Below, in pieces: positions 11,192 through 20,686 of a stretch of DNA of 64,000 nucleotides (positions are counted from its first letter, which is position 1; the number at the start of each line of letters is the position of its first letter). This stretch comes from an uncultured delta proteobacterium (GTDB lineage Bacteria; Desulfobacterota; WTBG01; CAIYCZ01), in contig CAWDOY010000048.1 in NCBI GenBank assembly GCA_963803975.1, positions 57,642-121,641 on the forward strand. The letters are read 5' to 3'. The position numbers and the translations under genes are program-made. The notes beneath the pieces were generated by a model. It was given only the letters and a program-made list of their open reading frames with translations, did no database searches and was not told the DNA's origin.

Positions 11192-12285
11192 TCACTGCGC
11201 TCGGGGCGGCAACAGGTAAAGCGTCATGGCGAAGATCAGATAGACCATCAGCACCAACACCCCGACGAACCACGCCGAGCGCCCGCTGTTCGTGACAAGC
11301 GACGCGGTGAGGGTGGCGATGAGAATCATCACCACCGCGCCCGGCCAGAATTGCAGGTCCATCGGCGTCGGGCCGAGGACGTAACTGAGCAGCACCAGCA
11401 CCGGGGCGACGAAGAGCGCAATCTGCGACGCGCTGCCCAGCGCGATGCCCACGCTCAGGTCCAGCCGGTTCTTGCGCGCGCCGGAAAACGCCGAGGCCAT
11501 CTCCGCCGCGCCGCCGACCAGCGCCACGACGATGAATCCCACGAAAGCGGGAGTCATCCCGAACGCCTCCGCCGCCTTCTGCACCGACTCGACAAAAATC
11601 TCGCTCACCAGCGCCACCAGCACCGTGACGCCGGCCAGCGTGGCCAGGGCCAGGCCGATGGGCCACGGCGCTTCGCCGGCCTCCCCGGTTCCGCGCTGGC
11701 AAACAGCTCGCGATGCGTTTTGAGCGAGAACAGCATGCCCAGTCCGTAGGTAACGATGAGCAGCACCGCCAGACCCACGCTCAACTTCTGGGTGAACGCC
11801 GCCCCCGCCGCGGAGTCGGCTTCTGAAACCGCCGAAGGAATCAACAGCGCAATCGTGGCCAGGAAGAGCAGGCCCGCTTGCACGCGGGCGCTGACCCGGT
11901 TGTATTCCTGCACGTGGTGCTTGAGTCCGCCGAGGAGAAACGATGCGCCCAGCATGAACAAGGTGTTGGTGACAATCGCGCCGGCAATGGACGCCTTCAC
12001 CAGCATGTATTGCCCGGCGCGCAAGGCGGTCAGCGCAATGACCAGTTCGGTCAGGTTTCCCAGCGTGGCATTGAGCAGGCCGCCGACCGCATCGCCCGTC
12101 TTGGCCGCCACCGATTCAGTGGCGTGACTCAGCAGCGCCGCCAGCGGCACGATGGCCAGCACGGACAGCAGGAAGAGCAGCGTGTGCGCTTCGGGCTTGA
12201 GCTGCTGCGCTGCGAACACCACGGGCACGAAAGCCAGCAGCCAGAGCAGCGGATTGTGACGAATTTCTTTGAGTAGCTGTTTCAT
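11192..12285 (-). CDS. cax: calcium/proton exchanger (CaCA family), one frameshift near 11690
   Basis: GGLLNATLGNLTEL and GGAAE...IALGSASQIALF alpha-repeats. Confidence 0.9.
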
Positions 12286-12300
12286 TGGTTTAGTTGAATT

Positions 12301-12460
12301 ATTGATGGGACTCGCTATTGAATGCGGTAAATATAGGCTGGAGATGATTGGGTGTCAATAAAAAATACGCCCCAGGATGTAGGCAGGGGTTGTCCAGACA
12401 AAAATGAGACATCTTATGATGAGTATTACCGGAAGGTTCAAACTGTCAGATTATGTATCA
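12301..12460 (-). promoter_or_regulatory. promoter-bearing repeat, copy C (TTGACA-17-TATATT)
   Basis: -35 at 12353-12358, -10 at 12330-12335; collinear with copy A over about 150 bp. Confidence 0.8.
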
Positions 12461-12547
12461 GCAGCGAGAGTAGAGCGAAAATCTGCGAAAGGTTTTGAGA
12501 TAAAACACGATCGCATATGAATTAGGAGCATCTCAATAGAACATACT

Positions 12548-12623
12548 TTGGGGCAGATTCATTATTGACATACAATCGCGCCACACCTATACTTCCTTCT
12601 TCTGAAAACAAGTTCTTATCAAT
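12548..12623 (+). promoter_or_regulatory. promoter-bearing repeat, copy D (TTGACA-17-TATACT), inverted relative to the other copies
   Basis: -35 at 12565-12570, -10 at 12588-12593; leader TTCTGAAAACAAGTTCTTATCAAT. Confidence 0.8.
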
Positions 12624-12650
12624 TCAATCAATAACAATGAAGAGAAGTTA

Positions 12651-13298
12651 ATGAATAAATACCAGATGGTATTGCCCGACACGATTAAGGAAGACAACAT
12701 TGGAACGATCCAGTTTTTCATTGGCCCATCGGCTTTGCCACGGTTTAATGAAATACTTCAACGGGGTTTTTTTGTGATAAATCCTGTCGGCATAAGCATA
12801 GAAGAGTTTCTCACAAAACAGATAGGTCTTTCCAGGCAATACATTGGTTATAAAATCAGCACCGTTTTACTTGATGGCAAAATCGTTCACGATATCGGAT
12901 CGGCACTGATCAAGAGAGGGTCGGTACTCGCCTTTTCCTCCGCCCTGCCGGGCTTTGTGGGTGCGAGCTTGAGAAGCGGAAGCATTAACCAGTCATTAGG
13001 TGAATCCAGCACCTCCAGAGAGATTAATTCTCCTGACAGCAAGGACAGGGGCGTTTTTTGCGTAAAGCTTTATAACCTTCCAATGCTCGAACTGGGACCT
13101 TATTTCATGAAGCGCGGCATTCTGCTTAGATCCGCCGGCCTTGAAGAATTCCTGAAAACACAGCCCGATGCCTTCTGGAGGGACTGTAGCAAAATTCTCC
13201 TGGATGGCAAACAAATTGACCCTGTTTCCTTAGGCGCAGAAAATATGTCCGGAACATATGAATGGCTGCGCCTTTCAATCCACCTGCCGGAAGAATGA
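12651..13298 (+). CDS. hypothetical protein
   Basis: 215-aa ORF directly after promoter copy D; STVLLDGK and SSALPGFVGASLR segments. Confidence 0.7.
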   Translation: MNKYQMVLPDTIKEDNIGTIQFFIGPSALPRFNEILQRGFFVINPVGISIEEFLTKQIGLSRQYIGYKISTVLLDGKIVHDIGSALIKRGSVLAFSSALPGFVGASLRSGSINQSLGESSTSREINSPDSKDRGVFCVKLYNLPMLELGPYFMKRGILLRSAGLEEFLKTQPDAFWRDCSKILLDGKQIDPVSLGAENMSGTYEWLRLSIHLPEE

Positions 13299-13307
13299 AA
13301 TCCTCCC

Positions 13308-13463
13308 TCAGATCATAACAACAATGCCAAACGGGCTTACCAACAGACCGACGGTCACAAACACCATGGGCGCGGTAATGGGCGAGCGCTCAGACAAACG
13401 GGAAAAGAGCCCGAAGCCAAAGGTTAAAAGAGCAGTGAAGATTATTATGGGAAACTCATGCAT
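13308..13463 (-). pseudogene. N-terminal fragment of a cation:proton antiporter (NhaP-like)
   Basis: Translates MHEFPIIIFTALLTFGFGLFSRLSERSPITAPMVFVTVGLLVSPFGIVVMI*. Confidence 0.55.
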
Positions 13464-13476
13464 GATCAGCTTCTCT

Positions 13477-13992
13477 TCACCTGCGCCACGACTTCAGCGC
13501 AAGTTCGGCAGCAGGGGGAACCTTTGAAGTAAACTCAATATCTTCAAGTGCAGTCAATACCGGCTGCAACTCTTTCCCCGGATCATCAGTAATCAGAGCG
13601 CGAAGTATGTGATGGGCACCGTCCCGCAGCAACACTGACGTTTCCTCTTTCACTTGTGTTAATGACTTCAGCAACGGTATGACTACCTGCGGCCCCAGAG
13701 CTACCAGGCCTTCTGCTGCCAGCCAGCGCACAGCAAATTCTTCATCAGTTAACGACAGTATCAAGCCATCTATGGCTGCCGGGTCTTTGATATCCGCCAG
13801 TGCTTTTGCCGCTTCCCAGCGAACCTGGTGCTTGCGATTTTTCAACAAAGGCAGCAGATACGGTACTGCAGGCTTGCCGATTGAAACCAGGGACATGCGG
13901 GCAGCTTCACGGGTCTGCCCTTGTTTGCTGGCCAGGTCAGTAATTAAAGCTGAAACACTATCTGCGGTACTGTTTTCCTTAACGTCTTTCAT
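13477..13992 (-). CDS. HEAT repeat (PBS lyase-like) protein
   Basis: VRWEAAKALADI and VRWLAAEGLVALG repeats. Confidence 0.85.
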   Translation of the reverse strand: MKDVKENSTADSVSALITDLASKQGQTREAARMSLVSIGKPAVPYLLPLLKNRKHQVRWEAAKALADIKDPAAIDGLILSLTDEEFAVRWLAAEGLVALGPQVVIPLLKSLTQVKEETSVLLRDGAHHILRALITDDPGKELQPVLTALEDIEFTSKVPPAAELALKSWRR

Positions 13993-14211
13993 AGTAACCC
14001 CGGGATTAATAATTGTATTGTATAAAAACTGATAGAGAGGTTTTTGAGCCAAAGCGTAGCATATATTAAAATCGCTTGCCCGTTGTATATATAAAAGGGA
14101 TACTGTTTGGGAAAAAAGAACGGGAGAGAGAGATTAAGGGGTCTCTTCTACACATTACACAATTATGAAGAGTGTAGACGCATCCTCATTATCCGACCCG
14201 GACGACAAGTC

Positions 14212-14838
14212 TCATTGCTTAGCAGAAACCTTGCGATACCTTCTCCACCTCTTTTTGGTAGACTTCCAGACAAGAACAAACCTATACACGGGAGTTATGA
14301 TGAACATCGCCAGTGTCACATATCTCGGAAATATTGTCCTTATTCGATCTTTATTGGACGGCACGACACGTAATTGCCATAACAAGTGCAATCTCACGTA
14401 GTCGATGAATTTGAAGAGGAAGAACAGTGGATTGTGTCTCTGTAAGCATGTCTCGAAGTCTATTAGAACTGGTTCGCCCCTATCTGTGATCAGTATATTG
14501 CTGGGATGAAGATTTCCGTGAGCAAATCCAAAGGCGTGAAGTTGACGAACAACATCCAGGACACGACGAAAGAGCTGTTCATCGAAGAATGGACGGAAGT
14601 GACGGCCGTTCAGGGATTTCCCCTCGATCTTCTCCATTGTAAAGCTATTATCAGTTGAGCTGATGAGTTTCGGGGCGTTCTTAAAACCCAGTTCAGCCAA
14701 CTTCAAAAGACCTTCTGCTTCATGCCTGCACCAAGTTCTTGTAAGTGACCCGAACGGAGTTCCAACTACTTTAATGACCTCCTTTTTGCCGTCGACCACG
14801 GTAATAGAATTATATTTGAGCAGATTCTTAGGTTGCAT
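14212..14838 (-). CDS. RIO/Kdo-kinase-like phosphotransferase
   Basis: VIK, HEA, MEKIEG, HGNLHPSNIL, IDFE kinase motifs. Confidence 0.75.
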   Translation of the reverse strand: MQPKNLLKYNSITVVDGKKEVIKVVGTPFGSLTRTWCRHEAEGLLKLAELGFKNAPKLISSTDNSFTMEKIEGKSLNGRHFRPFFDEQLFRRVLDVVRQLHAFGFAHGNLHPSNILITDRGEPVLIDFETCLQRHNPLFFLFKFIDYVRLHLLWQLRVVPSNKDRIRTIFPRYVTLAMFIITPVYRFVLVWKSTKKRWRRYRKVSAKQ

Positions 14839-14841
14839 TAG

Positions 14842-15372
14842 TCAGTTTTTCCTGTAGATCACTACGTCCCTGTAGTCGATCTTCAGCCACTTCATGATTC
14901 CGTTGTAGGAAGTCTTGGCTTCAATTTTTTCGTAGTTTCGATCACAAAGAGCAAATACCTCCAGATTTCTCTTTGTATTGTTTGTCTCGATGATCAGGAA
15001 GCCGCCTTCATTCAATAATGAATCAATTTTGCTGAATATATTTTGCGAGTCCCACTTCTTTATGTGTGCTATCACGGCCATCATTACGATGGTATCGAAT
15101 GTCTCGTTAGCACTGAAAGCCTCGAAGTCGTTAAATTCGTAATGCAGATTCGGGTGTCTCTTCTGAAGCTTGATATAGTATTTTTCGAAATGCCTATTGG
15201 GTTCGAGCAGGGTGTATTTCTTCGTCAGCGGATAGTATTTCTCAAAAAGAGCGCCCTTGTTTGGGCCCACTTCCAGGACATTCCTTCCGGTCAAATATTT
15301 CTTGAAGTCAAGAATATGGTTACGATACATGCAGAACAAGTAGCTCTGCCTTATGTAGTGGGTATGTTTCAT
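14842..15372 (-). CDS. class I SAM-dependent methyltransferase
   Basis: VLEVGPNKG, FDTIV, LNEGGFLII motifs. Confidence 0.8.
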   Translation of the reverse strand: MKHTHYIRQSYLFCMYRNHILDFKKYLTGRNVLEVGPNKGALFEKYYPLTKKYTLLEPNRHFEKYYIKLQKRHPNLHYEFNDFEAFSANETFDTIVMMAVIAHIKKWDSQNIFSKIDSLLNEGGFLIIETNNTKRNLEVFALCDRNYEKIEAKTSYNGIMKWLKIDYRDVVIYRKN

Positions 15373-15401
15373 ATATGGTTATTTTACCTCGCCGGCTATG
15401 A

Positions 15402-15478
15402 ATTGATAGGAACTCGCTTTCAGATGAAGTAAGTATAGACCGGGGATGATTGTGTGTCAATAATCAGTCTGTGCTCAA
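15402..15478 (-). promoter_or_regulatory. promoter-bearing repeat, copy E (TTGACA-17-TATACT)
   Basis: -35 at 15455-15460, -10 at 15432-15437; leader ATCTGAAAGCGAGTTCCTATCAAT. Confidence 0.8.
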
Positions 15479-15500
15479 CCAGCATCGAACTGCCTGCGGG

Positions 15501-16271
15501 TTACTTCATGCTCTGACGCACTTCCACCAGCACCTGATCGGCGGTATCGATCTGTACCAGCCCTAACCGGGGATACTCAAGGTCCAAAATGACGTATACG
15601 GTGATTGAAAGGATGGCGGCAAACACGAGCATGTGGATCCTGCTGCTGCTGCAAGCCATGCTGTAGCCGGCGAGCAGGGCGCTCAAAAGAGCGAGGAAAA
15701 TGAGCATTATAAAAATAATTGACGGCGGATGGTTCTGCATGGCGACCGAGCGGGTGGTGGTGATGTCAATCATCTGGTTGAGAGCGGGCAGAAGGAGCAT
15801 GGCCGCGGGCTGGGGAAATACCGCCCGGACAGCTGCAACCGACTCTGACCAGATCTCAGACTGAATTGCAGCCGAACGCGCAAGCGCGGCTTTCGTAGCT
15901 TCCCTGTCGGATACATCCCGGTATGCTGACAGACGTGAATCCACGTATATGCGAAACTTCTCCTTCAGCGACTTTTGCGCTTCAGCAGACAGCATATCGA
16001 GCCGCAGATAAGCAGTGCCGATGGCATTGGCCTCCTCAGTGATGAGGTGCCGCCGGGCTTCAAACCGGGAAGCTGCTCCTGAAAAAGTAAAAGCAATGAG
16101 CAGCCCCAGAAGACCATAAACTGCTGCATCAATTGCGCCGGCACCGGAGGCGGACTTTTTGGCCTCCTTCGCCCGCGCCGCACAGCCGATACGCCGGCCG
16201 ATTTCCAGGAAAAGCAGCACCGCGAGGAACAGGCCGCCAGCCAACAACAAGGTCATGATGGTAAAGTTCAT
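15501..16271 (-). CDS. DUF4239 (bestrophin-like) membrane protein
   Basis: GLLGLLIAFTFSGA, EANAIGTAYLR, LDLEYPRLG motifs. Confidence 0.8.
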   Translation of the reverse strand: MNFTIMTLLLAGGLFLAVLLFLEIGRRIGCAARAKEAKKSASGAGAIDAAVYGLLGLLIAFTFSGAASRFEARRHLITEEANAIGTAYLRLDMLSAEAQKSLKEKFRIYVDSRLSAYRDVSDREATKAALARSAAIQSEIWSESVAAVRAVFPQPAAMLLLPALNQMIDITTTRSVAMQNHPPSIIFIMLIFLALLSALLAGYSMACSSSRIHMLVFAAILSITVYVILDLEYPRLGLVQIDTADQVLVEVRQSMK

Positions 16272-16318
16272 TTCATTCCCCTATAAAGTATTAGCAGTGC
16301 CACATCTTCAATTGTCAT

Positions 16319-16475
16319 TAGCAGGCTGCTGAAAAACACCCATCTGCTTCGTTGCGCTCATCCTTCGTCATTGCGACGTACGGCAATGTACGACTCATTC
16401 CTCAGGATTTCGCGCGCCTTGCATCTGTATGTTTTTGACCAGCCTGGAAAAGATTACTTTTTCAACAACCTGTTA
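16319..16475. mobile_element. MITE-like non-autonomous element with IS1182/IS5-like ends
   Basis: TAGCAGGCTGCTGAAAAA (16319-16336) vs TTTTTCAACAACCTGTTA (16458-16475); extra inner end at 16432-16446; no coding capacity. Confidence 0.7.
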
Positions 16476-16531
16476 GATATCGCTGCTCAGTCCGGAGTGT
16501 GACGCTGAAAAAAATATCTGCTTTTATTTCT

Positions 16532-17882
16532 CTATTGGCCCACGAAGTAGAACAGACCCAGGACATACAGAGCTGCCATGACCAACTGGCATAGGGTCAG
16601 CGGCACACCGTAGCGCATGAATGTTACAAATGAAACCGGCTTGCCGTGCGCTGCGCAGATACCGGTGCTCACCACGTTGGCTGAAGCGCCGATCAGGGTT
16701 GCGTTGCCGCCCAACGTTGCCGAAAACATCATGGCCACAAACACCGGAATAACCGCGCGGGCCAGTCTGTAAAGGTCGGGTCTAACGCCAGGTCAGGCAC
16801 GAGCTCAGCCGTCACGAAGTACCCTTTGACCATAAGCAGCATTGCCGCGACTACCGGTATATTGGCAAGCAGGCTGGAAGCAAACCCCACACCAGCCATT
16901 ATGACCAGTGCAATCAGAACAAGGTTGGTGCCAAACCAGGCGTACAGATTCTGGGAAAAACTTTGCAGGATGCCGGTCTTGTTAAAGGCCTGAACCAGGC
17001 AGAATAGGCACATGAGGAAAATAAGCGTTCGCCAGTCAACGTCTTTCAGCACGTTGGTAATCGGCTCGACTTTTGCGGCATAGATTACCAGCAGTGCCAG
17101 GGTTGCGGCAATGATAGCCACACCCGGCGGGACAATCTGGGTCGGCGTTCTGTCCCCGAATATAAACAGGAGCACCATCACCACCAGCACCATGAGCGAA
17201 AACGCAGCAAACCAGGGCCGCTCCAACGGTTTGACCCGGAGATTGTCCGGCAATGTGCGCTGCACCTGCCATACATCTTTCATCAGCCACGGCATGAGGG
17301 GAATAATCACCAGCAGTGACAGCAACCCTCCCAGGCTCACCTTCTGCAGGTATTGACTGAAGGTCATCCCGATGGTACTGCCTACCAGAAACGTGGCCGG
17401 GTCACCGACCAGGGTGAGCATGCCGGCTGAATTGCTGATGATTGCGGTCAGCACCATGGGACCGACAAAATCAATTTCCAGGGCAATCGCAACCCGGATG
17501 ATTATCGGGGCAAGCAGTATCACGGTGGTGGCATTGGGCAGCACTGCGCAGAGAGGGGCAACGAGGATAATCAGTCCCAGCAGGAACCGCTTGCCGCTTC
17601 CTTTGGTTGCACGCAGATAGTAGGTGCCGAGCATACTCAAAAATACCGGTGGGAGCGAGCACCCGCGCCACGACCATGCCGCCAAACAGCAGGGCGATCG
17701 GACCACCGGCCGTCCGGTTAATGGCAACGACATCCTGCGAGGTAAAAACTCCCAGCTACGATCAGCGTGCTGACCCCCAGCAGACCGACAAGCAGCATGT
17801 CGATTACGTCGAAAGCGATCAGCAGAATGACAGCGGCAAAAACAATTAGGGTTGTGGTGGTAGTGAAATCAAAATCCGGCAT
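16532..17882 (-). CDS. ArsB/NhaD (SLC13-like) ion transporter, frameshifted
   Basis: LPNATTVILLAP, TLVGDPA, LANIP, LGGNATLIGASAN motifs across frames. Confidence 0.85.
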
Positions 17883-17909
17883 ATCTATTGTCTTACATTG
17901 AATAATGAA

Positions 17910-18969
17910 TTACTGAAACGGTGGCGCATATAGTAAGCCGCCCTGTTTCCATAAGCGGTTCAAGCCGCGCTCAATCTTCAAGCCGCTGGCGCTGCCGAAA
18001 TTGCGCTCATAGATTTCACCGTAGTTACCGACCGCGGCAATGACATCTGCAACCCAGTCAGGTTTCAGTCCGAGGGATTTTCCCGCGCTGCCCGCATTTA
18101 GTTAAGGAACCACCGGAGTTCCGGGTCAGTGGTTTCTTTCTGCAGGGTTCGCACATTGGCGCTGGTGACACCGCGTTCCTCTGCCTCAATGAGAGCAAAC
18201 AGCACCCACCTCACCAGCGTTAGCCATTCCTCGTCACCGCGCAGCACTGCCGGGGCAAGGGGTTCTTTGGAGATTTCCCCCGGCAGGATTTTAAACCGCT
18301 CTGTTCCGCCGGGTATCTCTGCCCGCAGTCCTGCAAGAACTGATCGCTCAGCAGTGCATGCCTGACATTGCCCGGCCAGAAAAGCGTTGCTCTAACTCTT
18401 GTTGGGAATCAACCTCAACGGGGGTATAGTGTATGCCCCGATCTTTAAAAGTATTTGCCATGTTTAATTGAAGGGTTGTTTTCTTCTCAACGCAGATCGT
18501 CGCACCGTTCAGATCTTCAAGCCGCTGGATGTTTTTTTTGTCGGCAGGCACCATGAAGGTCTGACCGTCATAAAAATAGATTCCGGGAAATTCAATGCCG
18601 ATCCCGGCTTCGCGTCCAAACGTCCATGTCACCGTATGGGCAAGCAGATCAATCCTGCCCGAAAGCAATACCGGAAAACGGTTCGGCGCAGCTTAACGGC
18701 GTGAAGCTCACTTTTTCAGCATCACCCAGCGCTGCAGCCGCTACCGCCCGGCAGAAATCAACATTGAATCCCTGCCAGCGGCCGCTTTGATCCTTGAAGG
18801 AAAATCCCAATAGCTGTTCAGTCACCCCGCAATGGACTTCATCGTTTGCGCGAACGCGCACCAGAGTCTGACCTGCCAGGGCCGACGATGTGCACAGCAC
18901 TGTTAGGGCTATCAACAGCCACGCAGCTATCCCTGTAAAGTTCGATCGTTTTATCAATGCACGCTTCAT
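17910..18969 (-). CDS. general L-amino acid ABC transporter substrate-binding protein (AapJ/BztA-like), several frameshifts
   Basis: GFNVDFCRAVAAA, TWTFGRE, YFYDGQTFMV, ISKEPLAP, GNYGEIYERN, LLYAPPFQ* pieces. Confidence 0.85.
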
Positions 18970-19157
18970 AACATCTCTTTCCATAATATTTACAGAGAAT
19001 TTAAGACAATAAATATAGTATCTTCGCCCTATTTTCAAGGACTATCATCTTGATAAATGAATTTAAAAGCAATCCGTTATTTGTGAAAAGAGCATGGATT
19101 TTTTATTGACATAAAACATCAACTATTTGATATAGTTTCAGCAAATCTGATACGCGT

Positions 19158-19207
19158 GTAGGAGCGGCCTCCGGCCGCGAATTCTTCGCGCATGAATGCG
19201 CTCCTAC
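19158..19207. repeat. GTAG-type REP doublet (REPIN), left of RAYT
   Basis: GTAGGAGCGGCCTCCGGCCGCGAA...TTCGCGCATGAATGCGCTCCTAC. Confidence 0.85.
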
Positions 19208-19219
19208 AGGGATGTTGAT

Positions 19220-19708
19220 ATGAATTCGTTGAATTATTCACCAACCTGTAAAACAACTCCCGGACACCGGGCATTGCGTCACGGGCGATATTCTGAACCA
19301 AACCGCCTCTATCTGTTAACCACGGTAACATACCGGCGGCAACAATTCTTTACAGATTTATTTACCGCACGGCTCGTGATAACTGAAATGCGCCGGGTTC
19401 ATGATGAGGGCCTTATTGAATCGCTGGCATGGGTGCTCATGCCCGATCATTTACACTGGCTGTTCGGATTAACTGAACACGCAGATTTAAAAAAAGTCAT
19501 GCATCTGGTAAAAGGCAGGTCTGCGCACTATATAAATGAACGGCTCAGCCGGAACGGCAAGGTCTGGGATAAAGCATACCATGATCATGCATTGCGCAAG
19601 GAAGAAGATGTTAAAAGGGTCGCCCGGTATATTGTAGCCAATCCGCTGCGCAAAAGATTGGTTAAAAAAATCACCGATTATCCGTTATGGGATGCTATTT
19701 GGGTGTGA
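19220..19708 (+). CDS. rayT: REP-associated tyrosine transposase (RAYT, Y1 HUH)
   Basis: LRHGRYS, YLLTTVT, WVLMPDHLH (HUH), WDKAYHDHALR, YIVANP. Confidence 0.92.
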   Translation: MNSLNYSPTCKTTPGHRALRHGRYSEPNRLYLLTTVTYRRQQFFTDLFTARLVITEMRRVHDEGLIESLAWVLMPDHLHWLFGLTEHADLKKVMHLVKGRSAHYINERLSRNGKVWDKAYHDHALRKEEDVKRVARYIVANPLRKRLVKKITDYPLWDAIWV

Positions 19709-19723
19709 TAAAATATTTGCATG

Positions 19724-19810
19724 GTAGGAGCGGCCTTCGGCCGCGAATGCTCTCGCGCATAAATGCGCTCCTACAACGCTCACGACAGGCGCGTAAAAAT
19801 GCGCCCCTAC
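19724..19810. repeat. GTAG-type REP doublet plus a further single REP, right of RAYT
   Basis: 19724-19774 is nearly identical to the left doublet; GCGTAAAAATGCGCCCCTAC ends at 19810. Confidence 0.85.
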
Positions 19811-19853
19811 AGCAGTCTCTTGTCATTTATTATAGTTCAGTTAAACGTCAGCT

Positions 19854-19891
19854 AAAAAAAGGGATTAGCCGCAATGACTAATCCCTTTTTT
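19854..19891. terminator. bidirectional terminator
   Basis: aaaaaaagggattag-loop-ctaatccctttttt between convergent RAYT and aqpZ. Confidence 0.8.
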
Positions 19892-19939
19892 AACGTATAG
19901 AACTGTTGGAAGCGAAGAAGAAGTTTTACCTTAGAGAAA

Positions 19940-20629
19940 TTACGCTTCCTTTGCGCCGATAAAGCGATAAACGACCGCACCCAGTAATGCGCCAATAATC
20001 GGCGCGATCCAGAACAGCCACAGCTGCGCAATTGCCCAGCCTCCAACATATAGCGCAACGCCGGTGCTTCGCGCAGGGTTAACAGAGGTGTTGGTTACCG
20101 GAATACTGATCAAGTGAATCAGGGTAAGGCAAAGGCCAATGGCAATCGGAGCAAAGCCTTGCGGCGCCCTCGGGTCAGTTGCTCCCAGAATGACGATCAA
20201 GAACATCATCGTCATGACAACTTCACAGACCAGTGCGGCGAGCAATGAGTACCCACCAGGAGAATGGGCACCATAGCCGTTGGAGGCAAAACCAGCGGTT
20301 ACATCGAACCCGGCTTTGCCACTGGCAATAATGTATAGAACGCCGCCTGCTGCAATCGCACCAAGGACCTGCGCTATAATGTATGGCAACAGTTTGCCTG
20401 CGGGGAAGCGACCACCTGCCCAGAGTCCGACGGATACTGCCGGATTAAGGTGGCAGCCCGAGATATGGCCGATCGCGAAGGCCATCGTCAGAACTGTCAA
20501 ACCAAATGCAAGGGATACGCCCAGCAGGCCAATGCCCACATTTGGGAATGCTGCGGCCAGCACCGCACTGCCGCAACCGCCCAACACCAGCCAAAACGTT
20601 CCAAAGAACTCTGCACCATACGGTTTCAT
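19940..20629 (-). CDS. aqpZ: aquaporin Z
   Basis: Two NPA motifs; [19 protein letters not shown]-terminus. Confidence 0.97.
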   Translation of the reverse strand: MKPYGAEFFGTFWLVLGGCGSAVLAAAFPNVGIGLLGVSLAFGLTVLTMAFAIGHISGCHLNPAVSVGLWAGGRFPAGKLLPYIIAQVLGAIAAGGVLYIIASGKAGFDVTAGFASNGYGAHSPGGYSLLAALVCEVVMTMMFLIVILGATDPRAPQGFAPIAIGLCLTLIHLISIPVTNTSVNPARSTGVALYVGGWAIAQLWLFWIAPIIGALLGAVVYRFIGAKEA

Positions 20630-20686
20630 CTCGAGCCCTCCTGTGTTGTTGGTTGTTGTTGATACGCGATACGCCTGACTGTTCAG

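Noticed and set aside
10482..11702. 406-aa ORF as a single protein
   Set aside because: Its first half is an alternative frame of the cax gene; only 10482-11144 resembles VIT1.
7700..12276. Numerous plus-strand ORFs of 60-170 aa
   Set aside because: They are antisense shadows of GC-rich minus-strand genes with no recognisable motifs.
1237..15478. Promoter repeats as integron attC sites or a CRISPR array
   Set aside because: No RYYYAAC...GTTRRRY palindromic structure, no integrase or cas genes, irregular kb-scale spacing, and the copies lie upstream of genes and contain promoters.
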